DNA of 64,000 nucleotides from an uncultured candidate division Zixibacteria bacterium (lineage in GTDB: Bacteria > Zixibacteria > MSB-5A5 > UBA10806), in assembly GCA_963801605.1 (NCBI GenBank), contig CAWDFP010000011.1:128001-192000 (forward strand), in the 5' to 3' direction. Made by a program: the position numbers and the translations under genes. Positions 43,484-54,802 of this stretch are shown here, piece after piece. How positions within the stretch are numbered: the first letter of the stretch is position 1; the number at the start of each line of letters is the position of its first letter. A model generated the notes under the pieces. That model was not told the origin of the DNA and did no database searches. It saw only the letters and a program-made list of their open reading frames with translations.

Positions 43484-43692
43484 CAGTAGAATTGTAGATT
43501 TTCGAAATAAATTCCTGTGACAGAATTATACTGGAATCACAGATGGACAAGACCAAAGTTTTTACTTTTTAATAAGTATTGCGATCCTGAGAAATAGAAT
43601 ATTACGGTCCTGTTTTAGGCATCTTGGACGCATTTGGGGCACTATCTGGGCATCATAATATTCAATCACTTTTCGCCGGCATTTTCATTTAA

Positions 43693-44373
43693 TCAGCCGA
43701 CATTCAGCCTATATCCCACTCCGGGCTCGGTTATTATCAATCGGGGCCGCGAGGGGTCTCCTTCAAGTTTGTGACGAAGCTGAGCTATATAGATGCGCAG
43801 ATAATGCGTGTGCTCGATAGCCGAAATTCCCCAAATCTCTTTTAGAAGTTGCCTCTGGGTCATCAGCTTTCCGGCGTTCCTCGCTAGCAGGCTTAAGAGA
43901 CGGTATTCAGTATCGGTTAGTTTAATTTCTTCGCCGTTCAGTTTCACCAGATGGGCCGCGTAATCGATTTCGAGTGAACTAACCTTAAAAATCGCTTCCT
44001 CGCCTGTCGATTGCGATAATCTTAGCGCCGCCCGGATTCGAGCTAACAACTCCGGTACACCAAACGGTTTGGTGATATAATCATTCGCACCGGAATCGAG
44101 TAAGGCTACTTTGTCAATTTCGGAATCCCTGACAGTTAGAATAATTATCGGAATTTGACTCCACTCGCGAATTGATTTTAAAACCTTGAGGCCATCTATA
44201 TCGGGCAATCCCAAATCCAAAACGATGAGATCAGGATGCGAAATTGCCGCCTGCTCAATCCCTTCTTTGCCTCCGGCAGCTTCGATTATTGTATATCCCT
44301 GCGATTTCAAACTTACCTTTAACAGCCGCCGGATTGCAGCCTCATCATCAATTATAAGTATCTTACCTGCCAT
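43693..44373 (-). CDS. kdpE: Response regulator KdpE
   Basis: Receiver domain LDLGLPD and OmpR HTH THYLRIYIAQLRHKLE..TEPGVGYR. Confidence 0.95.
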   Translation of the reverse strand: MAGKILIIDDEAAIRRLLKVSLKSQGYTIIEAAGGKEGIEQAAISHPDLIVLDLGLPDIDGLKVLKSIREWSQIPIIILTVRDSEIDKVALLDSGANDYITKPFGVPELLARIRAALRLSQSTGEEAIFKVSSLEIDYAAHLVKLNGEEIKLTDTEYRLLSLLARNAGKLMTQRQLLKEIWGISAIEHTHYLRIYIAQLRHKLEGDPSRPRLIITEPGVGYRLNVG

Positions 44374-47053
44374 ATTCTGCCTCTGGTGGTATTTCCGGTT
44401 GAATCTTGAGGGGAAGCGAAATGACAAATATCGCCCCGGCGCCCGGTCGGTTGTGTACTGATATTTTGCCACCATGCAATTCCACAATATTTTTGGCCAG
44501 CCAAAGCCCAAGTCCTATGCCGCCTGCAGGTGTCCCGGTCACTCTATAGAAGCGATTGAATATATTTTGTATCGCATATTCAGGTATGCCCGGGCCGGAA
44601 TCGGAAACAACTATTTCAAGCGTTTCGGTCTTCGGTTTTACCTCGATTTTTATTTCCATGCCAATCGGGGTAGCATTGGCAGCGTTGCGAACGAGGTTGG
44701 AAAGGACCTGTTCCATCAGATGAAAATCGATATAAATCAACGGCAGTTTCTCTGGCACATCAAAATCCACCTTATAAGTTTCCAATATCTTATCAAGTCT
44801 TTCAAGTGTAATCGAAATTAAATCTTTGGGATCACACCATTCCAGTTTAAGCTTGATCATACCGGAATTCAGGCGCGACGTATCCAATAGGTTTTCGATA
44901 ACCTGATTAAGCCGCTCGGATGAATCGATCAGCTCCCTGGCTAATTCATTCCTGGCGTCAACATTACTGACTATCTCCGGGTCCTGCAGCGCGGAGGAGG
45001 CTCCCATAATTGCCGTTAACGGTGTTCGGATTTCGTGAGAAATCGAATCCAGAATAGTTTGATGCAGCCTTTCTGATTCCTGCAATTGTAGCGCCTTTCG
45101 AGATTTCTCGTTAAGCATTTCTCGTTCGATACCAATGGCAAGCTGCCGCACTACAGTATTCAGGAACCCCGAATCATCGGGCAAAAGTCGGATTTTGGAT
45201 TGCGATCGAAAAATAAATACGCCGACGATACTTGAAGTTCCAATCAACGGCAAATAAAGCGAATCTGCCGATGGCAGCGTATCCGTCGACCATCCAGCGG
45301 GCCGGTTATTAGCAAACGCATAGTTGGCTACGGCCATCTCTTGCTCATTCGGCACCCATTTCCTGCCGGGCGTATTCACCGGCGCAAGATTTCCGCCCGA
45401 ATCATCCAGCAAAACCGCGCAATCGGCTTTAAGAATAGCCCCAACGCGATTGATGCTCACATCGATAAAACTTTCCCTGCTGCTCGATCCGGCAATCGCT
45501 TTGACAATTTCATAGAGAATATCTGTACGTTCCTCTCTTTGCCTGAGCATTTGTTCGCGGTTGCGGATTCGGTGAGTCAGGGTGCCGGTAACTACCGCCA
45601 CCACAAAATAGGCAACACCCATAATGATATCTTCGGGCGCTCTGATCGTGAATTTTCCAACCGGCGGAATGAAGAAATAATCCCAAATAAAGGTGCTGAG
45701 AATGGCGGCTAAGAGTATCGGACCCAGGGATACAAATAAGCTTACCAGCAGTATCGATAATAGAAATACGAATCCAACCGCTCTGTACCCTATGGTCGGG
45801 TTCAAAATACTATTGAGAAGGGAGATTGCCGCAATGATCCAGAGCACATACCAGTAGGATAGAAATCCTGATTTAGGCATAAAATTAAAGAAACGATTCT
45901 TAGGCTTTGAAACCGGTTTCTCATGCCGCAAAACTAAAACATCGAAATGAGCGCTTTCTCTGACAAGCCTATCCAACGGCGTACCGCCGCTAAAAATATC
46001 CTTAAGCCAGTGGCGCATCGGCCTGCCGAATATTATCTGGGTTATATTCCTCTGTTCGGCAATTCGCAGTAAAGCCTTCCCCAGATCAGGATCGGCCGTT
46101 GAGACGATTTCTCCGCCCAGCTCTCCAACTAATGCCAGATTTTTAACAAGCTGCGCTTTATCCTGCTCCGTTAGGGTGATTCCCGTATCAACATAAGCCG
46201 CGATCCAGGGAGCATCCAGGCTGAAAGCGATACGCCGCGCGGTCCGGATCAGGCTCTCCGATGTTGGGCTGTGGCTGATTGCAACCATTAAGCGTTCCGT
46301 GGACCGCCATCCGGATACCCGGCCACGCAAAGCCATCAGAGTTTGAAGATCATTTTCAACTTTCTCGGCTGTCAATCGAAGCGCAATCTCGCGCAAGGCG
46401 CTCAAATGATCTTCCTTGAAAAATCCCTCGATGGCGCGTTGAGCCAAATCGCCCAAATAAACTTTGCCATCATTCAAACGCTTGAGCAAATCGGCAGGCG
46501 TGATATCGACTAACTCTATTTGTGCAGCTCGTTCTAATATGGAATCGGGAACAGTCTCTCTAATTGTAACTCCCGTGATATTTTCGACAGTATCTTTGCG
46601 GCTTTCGATATGCTGGACATTTAAGGTAGTATAGACATCAATTCCGGCATCGAGAATTTCGATCACGTCCTGCCATCGTTTTTGGTGCCGCGAACCGGGA
46701 ACGTTGGTATGGGCGAGCTCATCAACCAATACCAGGGCGGGATGACGCGATAACACGGCATCAATATCGAACTCCTCGATTGTCGTATCTCGATAGGGAA
46801 TAATTTTTCTGGGAATTGTTGGTAAATCCTTGATCAGAGCTTCAGTTTCAGTTCGTCCGTGGGTTTCCACCAGACCAATAATAACATCGACGCCTTCCTT
46901 AAGCCGTGCCTGAGCCGCCTCCAGCATGGCGTAGGTTTTTCCTACCCCGGCAGCCATGCCAAAAAAGATGCCAAGTTTCCCCTTTTTACCGCCAAAATCA
47001 GTTTTTTGAAGCGCCTTTAAAAGGGCATCCGGATTTGGTCTGATATCATCCAT
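44363..47053 (-). CDS. kdpD: Sensor histidine kinase KdpD
   Basis: GMAAGVGKTYAML, VDELAHTN, USP domain, four TM segments and SHEIRTPL. Confidence 0.97.
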   Translation of the reverse strand: MDDIRPNPDALLKALQKTDFGGKKGKLGIFFGMAAGVGKTYAMLEAAQARLKEGVDVIIGLVETHGRTETEALIKDLPTIPRKIIPYRDTTIEEFDIDAVLSRHPALVLVDELAHTNVPGSRHQKRWQDVIEILDAGIDVYTTLNVQHIESRKDTVENITGVTIRETVPDSILERAAQIELVDITPADLLKRLNDGKVYLGDLAQRAIEGFFKEDHLSALREIALRLTAEKVENDLQTLMALRGRVSGWRSTERLMVAISHSPTSESLIRTARRIAFSLDAPWIAAYVDTGITLTEQDKAQLVKNLALVGELGGEIVSTADPDLGKALLRIAEQRNITQIIFGRPMRHWLKDIFSGGTPLDRLVRESAHFDVLVLRHEKPVSKPKNRFFNFMPKSGFLSYWYVLWIIAAISLLNSILNPTIGYRAVGFVFLLSILLVSLFVSLGPILLAAILSTFIWDYFFIPPVGKFTIRAPEDIIMGVAYFVVAVVTGTLTHRIRNREQMLRQREERTDILYEIVKAIAGSSSRESFIDVSINRVGAILKADCAVLLDDSGGNLAPVNTPGRKWVPNEQEMAVANYAFANNRPAGWSTDTLPSADSLYLPLIGTSSIVGVFIFRSQSKIRLLPDDSGFLNTVVRQLAIGIEREMLNEKSRKALQLQESERLHQTILDSISHEIRTPLTAIMGASSALQDPEIVSNVDARNELARELIDSSERLNQVIENLLDTSRLNSGMIKLKLEWCDPKDLISITLERLDKILETYKVDFDVPEKLPLIYIDFHLMEQVLSNLVRNAANATPIGMEIKIEVKPKTETLEIVVSDSGPGIPEYAIQNIFNRFYRVTGTPAGGIGLGLWLAKNIVELHGGKISVHNRPGAGAIFVISLPLKIQPEIPPEAEYGR

Positions 47054-47060
47054 AATCGTT

Positions 47061-47642
47061 CTAATTTACGAAAGTCGAATCAAGCGCCAGATTTAGCAAT
47101 AGGACATTTACCCTCGGCTCTCCGAATATTCTAAAGTCTGGCTGCTCAATACTATTTTCGACAAGCTTAATTAGCTTTATTTTTTGGTTATTGTCAAGCC
47201 CTCGCGCGCCTGCCACCCTTTCAATTTGAAATCTGGCTGCTTCGGGTGATATATCGGGATCAAGCCCGCTCGCGGAACTAAAGAGCAGGTCCGAGGGAAC
47301 TCGCCCCGAATAAGCGTTGGACCTTTGCAAAAACTCCTTTCGCGCCTTTACCGAATCTTTGAGTGCGGCGCTGGTTGGCCCCAGGTTTGACGCTCCTGAC
47401 GGCAAAGGATTATAATCTGTTGCCGACGGCCGCGGCCAGAAATACTTTTTCCCTATAAATTTCTGCCCCAGGAGAGTTGAGCCAATAGCTTTACCATCGA
47501 CCTTTATTATGCTGCCGTTAGACTTGCTCGGGAAAATGGCCTGACCCAATAGCGTAATCAGGAGTGGATAAATAATCCCTGTCACCAGAGTCATTATCAG
47601 AAATAATTTTAAGGCTTGAATTATCGTTTTCATAAATATCAC
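47061..47642 (-). CDS. kdpC: K+-transporting ATPase subunit C
   Basis: [26 protein letters not shown] and GEPRVNVL. Confidence 0.97.
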   Translation of the reverse strand: MIFMKTIIQALKLFLIMTLVTGIIYPLLITLLGQAIFPSKSNGSIIKVDGKAIGSTLLGQKFIGKKYFWPRPSATDYNPLPSGASNLGPTSAALKDSVKARKEFLQRSNAYSGRVPSDLLFSSASGLDPDISPEAARFQIERVAGARGLDNNQKIKLIKLVENSIEQPDFRIFGEPRVNVLLLNLALDSTFVN

Positions 47643-49736
47643 CTGACCAATCCAATCGTCGTAATTAACAGATCGAGAGCCTTTATTCCGATAAACGGAG
47701 CTAACAAACCCCCGACGCCATATATCAATAAATTCTTACGCAACAAGGTTGAGGCATTCTGCGCTCTATAATGAACTCCTCGCAGTGCCAGTGGAATTAA
47801 AGCTACTATGATTAAAGCATTAAATATTATCGCACTTAATATGGCGCTTTGCGGCGAATGCAGCTTCATAATGTTTAAGGCCGAAAGCGGCCCAACCGAG
47901 TTCCCCGATACTGCATAGAGCGTTCCAAATATCGCCGGTATAATTGCGAAATATTTCGCCACGTCATTGGCTATACTGAATGTGGTCAGAGCGCCTCTGG
48001 TCATCAGCAACTGCTTTCCGATTTCCACTATTTGAATCAGCTTTGTCGGATTGCTATCCAGATCAACCATGTTGCCGGCCTCGCGAGCTGCCTGAGTGCC
48101 GGTGTTCATGGCAACAGCCACATCGGCCTGGGCCAGCGCCGGAGCATCATTGGTGCCATCGCCAGTCATGGCCACCAGATGACCTGCCGCCTGTTCTGCC
48201 CGGATACGATCAAGTTTGGATTCAGGTGTTGCCTGAGCGATAAAATCATCAACTCCCGCCTCAGCCGCAATTGCTGCCGCGGTCATGGGATTATCGCCTG
48301 TAATCATAACAGTTTTGATACCCATATTTCGTAATTCGGCAAAACGCTCTTTGATCCCGCCTTTGACAACATCCTTTAAATGTACGATTCCCAGATAATT
48401 CTTCTCATCTGCTACCGCCAGCGGCGTGCCACCGGAATGCGATATTCGAACCACAGCCTCCTGAAGAGCCGTAGGAAAACTACTGCCGTTACCTTCAACA
48501 TACTCGCGGATAGCATCCACTGCCCCCTTTCTGATCGATAAAGATGGTGAACCATCATCATCTAAAACATCGATACCGCTCATTCTGGTCTGGGCCGAAA
48601 ATGGCACGAATCTAGCCTGGCTGGGTGTTATGGTCTGAGCGCGAAGATCCGAATTTCTCTTTGGCTAATACCACTATGGAGCGCCCCTCGGGAGTTTCAT
48701 CAGCTAATGATGCCAGTTGGGCAGCTTCGGCTAAATGCATTGTGGAAATCATAGGCGCGGGAATAAATTCAACCGCCATGCGATTGCCGAATGTGATCGT
48801 ACCGGTTTTATCGAGCAGCAGGATATCTATATCACCCGAGGCCTCGATTGCCCGTCCGCTTCTGGCTATTACATTTTGACGGATCAATCTGCCCATTCCG
48901 GCAATTCCAACGGCGCTTAGCAAACCGCCAATTGTGGTGGGAATAAGACATACCAACAGCGCGACAAGTACCGGCACGGTAACAATATTAGACAAATCCT
49001 GATCGCTGGCTTTACCGCTGTAATCGGCAAAGAATTTAAGCGTCGCTACTGCCAATAGAAAAATGATAGTCATCCCCGCCAAAACAATATTAAGAGCGAT
49101 TTCATTTGGGGTTTTCTGCCGTCTGGCGCCCTCGATCATGGCAATTATATGGTCGATAAATGAATTTCCGGGTGTCGATGTTACCTGCATCACGATCCGA
49201 TCGCTTATCACTTTTGTCCCGCCGGTAACTGCGCTTCTATCACCGCCGCTTTCGCGGATCACCGGCGCCGATTCGCCGGTAATGGCGGATTCATCCACGC
49301 TGGCAATTCCCTCGATAACTTCGCCATCGGCCGGAATGATATTGCCGGCTTCACATACGACAATATCGCCCTTTTTTAATACCGATGCCGGAATGCTCGT
49401 TTCGATTCCATTTTTAAGCAATCTGGCATTGATCTCGACTCTGGTTCGTTTGAGACTTTCGGCCATCGCTTTGCCTTGTCCTTCGGCAATAGCTTCCGCA
49501 AAATTGGCGAAGAGCACCGTAAACCAAAGCCAGAGTGCAATCTGAAATTCAAATCCGGAAAAAGCGCCGCCAAACGCCCTTAATAGGAAGATTACCGATG
49601 TCATCATCGCCCCGACCCATGTTACAAACATTACCGGGTTTCTGATTTCTTCCCGAGGAGTAAGCTTTTTAAAAGCTCCGATAATTGAGCTTTTAATAAG
49701 CTTTCTATCAAACATATTTATCGCTTTTGTTACCAT
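47639..49736 (-). CDS. kdpB: K+-transporting ATPase subunit B, one frameshift near 48610-48650
   Basis: [12 protein letters not shown] and [12 protein letters not shown]-type ATPase motifs. Confidence 0.97.
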
Positions 49737-49744
49737 AATATCAC

Positions 49745-51433
49745 CTAAAACACCCTTCCCGCATTCATCAGAAAATGCTCTGCAATCGGGCCCAAAGATA
49801 ATGATGGGAAAAAGGTAAGAGCGCCGACAATTAGAATCACCGAAACAAGCAATATTGCAAATGTGGCGTTGTCGGTGCTGAATGTACCTGCCGACGCCGC
49901 GGTCACCTTCTTTTGCGCCAGGTTACCGGCTATTACAAGAGCCGGTACAATGACCGCAAAGCGTCCGATAAGCATGGCCAGTCCCAGTGATAGATTATAG
50001 AAAACCGTATTGGCATTTAACCCTGCAAAGGCGCTGCCATTATTGCCCACCGCTGATGTAAATGCATATAGTATTTCGCTGAGCCCATGCGGCCCGTTAT
50101 TTGCCAAACTGGATAGACCAGCCGGCAGCACCGACGCAAATCCCGCTCCAACCAGGATGGCGGCGCATTGAGCAAGAATCGCAAGCAATGTCATTTGCAT
50201 TTCGCGGGCTTCAATCTTCTTGCCAAGATATTCGGGGGTTCGTCCTACCATGAGGCCGGCCAGGAATACAGTCAACATAATAAAGAGGAGCATGCCGTAC
50301 ATGCCTGCCCCTACTCCTCCAAATATGATTTCACCCAGCATGATATTGAACATGGCCACTCCGCCGGCTATTGGCGTCAGGCTGTCATGCATGGAATTAA
50401 CCGATCCATTGGAAGCTACAGTCGTTGCGGTTGACCAGATAACGCTATTGGCAACGCCGAACCTCGTTTCCTTTCCCTCCATAGAAATGCCGCCATAGAT
50501 CGGATTGCCCCTGTATTCGGAATATAGCGAGAGTCCGAGGCTCGCAAACCACATGACGAACATGACGCCAAAAATAATCCAGCCATGACGTTTGTTTTTT
50601 ACCATTCTGCCATAGGTAAACGTAAGTCCCGCGGGGATTAGAAGTATTGAAATCATTTCAAGAAAGTTTGTGAATGGCGTGGGATTTTCGAAAGGATGGG
50701 CGCTATTGGCATTGAAAAAGCCGCCGCCATTGGTGCCAAGCTGCTTGATTGCAATCTGTGACGCTGCCGGGCCAAGTGGAATTACCTGCTTGATACCCTC
50801 GACGGTAGTAATTTCTTTATAATGAGAAAATGTTTGGACCACACCCTGGCTGATCAGGATTACTGCGAAAATCATAGTTAGCGGAAGCAATACATACAGC
50901 GTGGATTTGACAACATCCGACCAGAAATTCCCGATGAATTTAGTTGTTTTGCGGATTATGCCTCTGGTAAGCGCCAGAAATACCGCTATGCCGGTCGCTG
51001 CGCTTAAAAAGTTTTGAACTGATAATCCCAGCATCTGGGTCAGGTAACTCATGGTAGTTTCGCCTGCGTACCCCTGCCAGTTGGTATTGGTCATAAAACT
51101 TATCGCGGTATTGATGGACGAGTGCCAGGAGACAATGGGTAATCCTTGCGGATTTAGCGGCAAACGTGATTGAAACATTTGCAAAAAAAAGACGGCCAAA
51201 AACCCAAACGCGTTGAACGCCAGCAGGGCGCCCGTATAATGTTTCCAGGTCATCTCTTCCGATGGGTCAATCCTGCAAACCCGGTAAATCCATCTTTCAG
51301 CCCGCCCGAAAACACTCTGCAATAAGTGATTCTTGCCTGAAAATACAGCCGCAATATATGCTCCGATAATCGGGGTTAATGCTATCAGAACGCCTATATA
51401 TATAACTACCTGCAGTAAATCATTGATCGGCAT
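49745..51433 (-). CDS. kdpA: K+-transporting ATPase subunit A
   Basis: [23 protein letters not shown] and GNNGSAF selectivity filters. Confidence 0.98.
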   Translation of the reverse strand: MPINDLLQVVIYIGVLIALTPIIGAYIAAVFSGKNHLLQSVFGRAERWIYRVCRIDPSEEMTWKHYTGALLAFNAFGFLAVFFLQMFQSRLPLNPQGLPIVSWHSSINTAISFMTNTNWQGYAGETTMSYLTQMLGLSVQNFLSAATGIAVFLALTRGIIRKTTKFIGNFWSDVVKSTLYVLLPLTMIFAVILISQGVVQTFSHYKEITTVEGIKQVIPLGPAASQIAIKQLGTNGGGFFNANSAHPFENPTPFTNFLEMISILLIPAGLTFTYGRMVKNKRHGWIIFGVMFVMWFASLGLSLYSEYRGNPIYGGISMEGKETRFGVANSVIWSTATTVASNGSVNSMHDSLTPIAGGVAMFNIMLGEIIFGGVGAGMYGMLLFIMLTVFLAGLMVGRTPEYLGKKIEAREMQMTLLAILAQCAAILVGAGFASVLPAGLSSLANNGPHGLSEILYAFTSAVGNNGSAFAGLNANTVFYNLSLGLAMLIGRFAVIVPALVIAGNLAQKKVTAASAGTFSTDNATFAILLVSVILIVGALTFFPSLSLGPIAEHFLMNAGRVF

Positions 51434-51441
51434 GGCAACAC

Positions 51442-51528
51442 CTATTTCAGTTTATCCGGGTTAAAGATCACATAGACCAGATATATCAGGAGCCCGATTG
51501 AAATAATTCCAGCTATAATGAAATCCAT
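51442..51528 (-). CDS. kdpF: K+-transporting ATPase subunit F (28 aa), absent from the ORF track
   Basis: MDFIIAGIISIGLLIYLVYVIFNPDKLK with RBS AAGGAG, directly upstream of kdpA. Confidence 0.88.
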   Translation of the reverse strand: MDFIIAGIISIGLLIYLVYVIFNPDKLK

Positions 51529-51620
51529 TTATTTCTCCTTTCGAAATCGTCATTTAATCGGCCGCTATTGGAAAGCGGCTAATCAGCTTCTTATGACGAC
51601 CTGGATATACTATCAAGGCA

Positions 51621-51669
51621 TGTAAAGATTTCGTAAAATGCCGGAGATGAGATATAAGGATTTTGTAAA
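51621..51669 (-). promoter_or_regulatory. Probable KdpE binding sites
   Basis: Minus strand has two pairs of TTTACA-like hexamers spaced 11 bp apart, upstream of kdpF. Confidence 0.65.
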
Positions 51670-51827
51670 GAGTTATTCGGCTAATCTTAATATTAAATTA
51701 AATACCAAATTCTTAAAGATTAGTGGGTAAAAGAGGTTAATATCGACCCCATTTGAGCGCCACAGCCGTAAGCCTATATTCTGCATGGCAAAAATAGGTT
51801 TTCAATTCCTCCCTCCTCCATATATGC

Positions 51828-51869
51828 TTTAGGCTTCCGAACTCATTGAAAGAGTTGAGGAAGCCTAAA
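51828..51869. terminator. Long hairpin downstream of the barrel gene
   Basis: TTTAGGCTTCC..AACTC-loop-GAGTT..GGAAGCCTAAA. Confidence 0.55.
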
Positions 51870-51890
51870 TCGTAAAAGATAATATGAAAC

Positions 51891-52646
51891 TTAAAAATCG
51901 ATATCCACTTGAAGCGTAGCTGTATCTATGAGATTTGAATTGTTGTACAAATCATATCCAGCTAAAAGCGCTACGTTGGACGCGAATTTCCAGGAAGCGC
52001 CTACATTTAGAGTTCCGTACACGCTATTGGTACCCATATATTCTATGCAAAACCAAAACCTATCAGATAACTCCGGAAAAGTACGCTCCCAGGCGGCCAT
52101 TATTCCGCTGTTATCCTTCTCAAATTTATCATTTACCAAAAGATTTTTATTGCCGGAAAAATATCCTATCGAAAAGCGCCCCAGAGTTGTCTTATTCAAA
52201 GAAACCGATTTGGCAAGCTTACCATAGAAGACATTGTAATTGGTAATATTCTTCTTGGCGCCAATATCGAACGCTCCTACCGCGAAAGCCGGGGAAAATG
52301 AACCCAGAGCATTCTCCGGTACGCCTATTTTAAAGTTGCCATATATTGGATAATCGTCGGCTATTCCCAAACCGGACTTATGATCCACTCCAATTTCGGC
52401 ATTGAGATTCTTAAACGGTAATACGCCAACCGTCAACCCCAGGTTGGTAACGGTAGACAAGCGGTTGCCGAAATTATCCTTCTCAACAGGCACGTACATA
52501 TCGCTTGTTACATGCCATAATTTGAATGCCTGGACATCGGTCGATGGCGCCCAAATATGTGTTGTGGCGGTGGCCCGAGCTTTGTGGTTTGAGATTATAA
52601 AAGCAAAGGCAGCTATCCAAAGGACGATAACAGTTTTTGGTTTCAT
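51891..52646 (-). CDS. Putative outer-membrane beta-barrel protein
   Basis: Signal peptide (ARA), alternating amphipathic strands and C-terminal LQVDIDF beta-signal. Confidence 0.7.
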   Translation of the reverse strand: MKPKTVIVLWIAAFAFIISNHKARATATTHIWAPSTDVQAFKLWHVTSDMYVPVEKDNFGNRLSTVTNLGLTVGVLPFKNLNAEIGVDHKSGLGIADDYPIYGNFKIGVPENALGSFSPAFAVGAFDIGAKKNITNYNVFYGKLAKSVSLNKTTLGRFSIGYFSGNKNLLVNDKFEKDNSGIMAAWERTFPELSDRFWFCIEYMGTNSVYGTLNVGASWKFASNVALLAGYDLYNNSNLIDTATLQVDIDF

Positions 52647-52762
52647 GTTGAGGCTCCGGATATTTTAATTTATTGATTAGGCAAAAGCGCAGGGTGAAGC
52701 CTTAATACTTCACCCTGCCCTGTAAATACTTTTGGACTCTTTTCAAGCTATATAAATCTCGA

Positions 52763-53986
52763 TTATATTCCGCCCTGATAAGCCGCTTCTCCATGCAGGG
52801 AAGCATCGAGGCCTTCCTCTTCTTCGCCTTCTGTAGTGCGTACGCGTGTAAAAATATTGATGATCTTAAGCATCGCGAATGTGAACCCGAAAGCGTAAAT
52901 GGAGGATACTACAATCGTAAGTAGCTGGATTAAAAAGAAATGAGAATTACCATGAAATAAGCCGTCAGCGCCTGCGGGATTAACGGCCTTACTGGCCAAA
53001 AGACCGAGCATAACAATCCCAAGCGCGCCTCCGACACCATGGACGCCCCAAACATCGAGAGCATCATCCCATCCCAATCTGTTCTTGAGGCTGACGGCGA
53101 AATAGCAGACCATACCAGCTAAAATACCAATGAACATAGCGCTGACCGGAGTGACATATCCGGCGCAAGGGGTTATAGTGGCAAGACCGGCCACGGCGCC
53201 GGTTAAAAGTCCAAGGAATTTCGGTTTTTTCTCAATTATCCATGCTAAAAGCATCCACACCGGACCGGCGAATGATGCGGCTATATCCGTATTTAAAAAG
53301 GCGAGACCCGTTACGGCATCCACTCTCAGCTCGCTTCCGGCATTGAAACCATACCATCCAAACCACAGCAATCCGGTGCCCAGAGCTACCAATGGGATAC
53401 TGTGCGGAATGTTATCCCCGACTCGCCGTTTACCAACATAAAGAACAGAGGCTAACGCTGCCATTCCCGCGATATTGTGAACTACTATTCCACCGGCAAA
53501 ATCAAGCACTCCCCATTTGGCCAATAGACCGTTTCCCCAGACCATGTGTACGAACGGGAAATATACGAATGTCAGCCAGGCGATGAGGAAAAGCAAATAT
53601 GCTCCGAACCTCACCCGGTTTGAAAATGCCCCCGTAATCAGGGCCGGAGTAATAATGGCAAACATCATTTGATAGGCCATGAAAACAAATTCGGGAATAT
53701 TCCCCGAACCGAATGGCGATGGCGTCGTGAGCGTTACACCGGCCATGAAAGCTTTATCAAAATTGCCAATAAGGCCGCCCACTCCTCCGCTGAAACAGAG
53801 CGAATAACCATAAGCGTACCAGATTATGGTGGTAACGCCCATGGAAACGAAACTTTGAATCATAATCGTGAGAACATTTTTACGGCCAACCAGCCCGCCG
53901 TAAAAAAACGCCAGACCCGGCGTCATCAGCATCACCAGGCTGGTGGCGACCAGCATGAATCCGGTGTTTCCGGTGTCAAACATCAT
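52763..53986 (-). CDS. amtB: Ammonium transporter
   Basis: MTPGLAFFYGG, DFAGGIVVH, GWYGFNAGS and DDALDVWGVHGVGG; twin-His and Phe gate intact. Confidence 0.97.
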   Translation of the reverse strand: MMFDTGNTGFMLVATSLVMLMTPGLAFFYGGLVGRKNVLTIMIQSFVSMGVTTIIWYAYGYSLCFSGGVGGLIGNFDKAFMAGVTLTTPSPFGSGNIPEFVFMAYQMMFAIITPALITGAFSNRVRFGAYLLFLIAWLTFVYFPFVHMVWGNGLLAKWGVLDFAGGIVVHNIAGMAALASVLYVGKRRVGDNIPHSIPLVALGTGLLWFGWYGFNAGSELRVDAVTGLAFLNTDIAASFAGPVWMLLAWIIEKKPKFLGLLTGAVAGLATITPCAGYVTPVSAMFIGILAGMVCYFAVSLKNRLGWDDALDVWGVHGVGGALGIVMLGLLASKAVNPAGADGLFHGNSHFFLIQLLTIVVSSIYAFGFTFAMLKIINIFTRVRTTEGEEEEGLDASLHGEAAYQGGI

Positions 53987-54061
53987 TTACCTCCACATTA
54001 AAACCGGTCTTTACCCAATTTATCATTACTGCAATTTAGGCCTCTGGAGGATAAAGCGGCA

Positions 54062-54099
54062 ATCGGGGATTCCCTGATATTTAATAGGGAAATCCCTTA
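54062..54099. promoter_or_regulatory. Tandem palindromic operator upstream of amtB
   Basis: ATCGGGGATTCCCTGAT followed by ATAGGGAAATCCCTTA. Confidence 0.55.
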
Positions 54100-54148
54100 G
54101 TCCAACCAATGTCGGGCAATTATCGGGATATGGTGTTTAATCGATCGT

Positions 54149-54802
54149 TTATTGATCGAGGGACGTCAGCCCCTCGCGAATGGCATATTTAGTTAGCTGG
54201 GCGATATTGTGAATATCGAGTTTGTCCATCAACTGCTTGCGGTGAGTTTCCACAGTTTTAACGCTGATATTGATTTTGTCTGCAATCTCTTTGGTGCTGA
54301 ATCCCTCTGCCATAAGCTGAAGCACCTCGCGTTCTCTCGAACTTAAAACCGCAAAAACCGAATCCGGCTGATTAGCATGGAGAATCACGAAATCCTTAAT
54401 GACGGCACTGGCAATAGTCCTGTCGAGATAATATTGGTTTTCGTTTACGGTATGAATGGCGTCTAAAAGGGAATCGATAGCGCAATCTTTTAAGATATAT
54501 CCGACCGCTCCCGCCGTGAACGATTCCTGTACAAATCTGCGATCGGAATGCATGGAAAGCATGATAATTTTCGTCTTTGGACATTCCCTGGTGATCTTTC
54601 TGGCTGCTTCAATCCCATTCAAGTTGGGCATCGATATATCCATCAAGATTATATCCGGTTTGTGCTCTTTAGCCGCCTGAATCGTCGCCAGACCATCGGT
54701 GGTTTCAGCAACAACCTTGATCTCCGGGTCCTGCTGAAGCAAAGTCCGGAGGCCATCCCGGAAAAGACGATGATCATCAGCCAGGATTACGTGAATTGCC
54801 AT
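54149..54802 (-). CDS. NarL/LuxR family response regulator
   Basis: LADDH, MDISMP and LSSREREVLQLMAEG..KTVETHR. Confidence 0.95.
   Translation of the reverse strand: MAIHVILADDHRLFRDGLRTLLQQDPEIKVVAETTDGLATIQAAKEHKPDIILMDISMPNLNGIEAARKITRECPKTKIIMLSMHSDRRFVQESFTAGAVGYILKDCAIDSLLDAIHTVNENQYYLDRTIASAVIKDFVILHANQPDSVFAVLSSREREVLQLMAEGFSTKEIADKINISVKTVETHRKQLMDKLDIHNIAQLTKYAIREGLTSLDQ

Noticed and set aside
51529..51890. c-di-AMP or other riboswitch upstream of kdp
   Set aside because: No conserved aptamer motifs were seen, and KdpE-like repeats explain the regulation.
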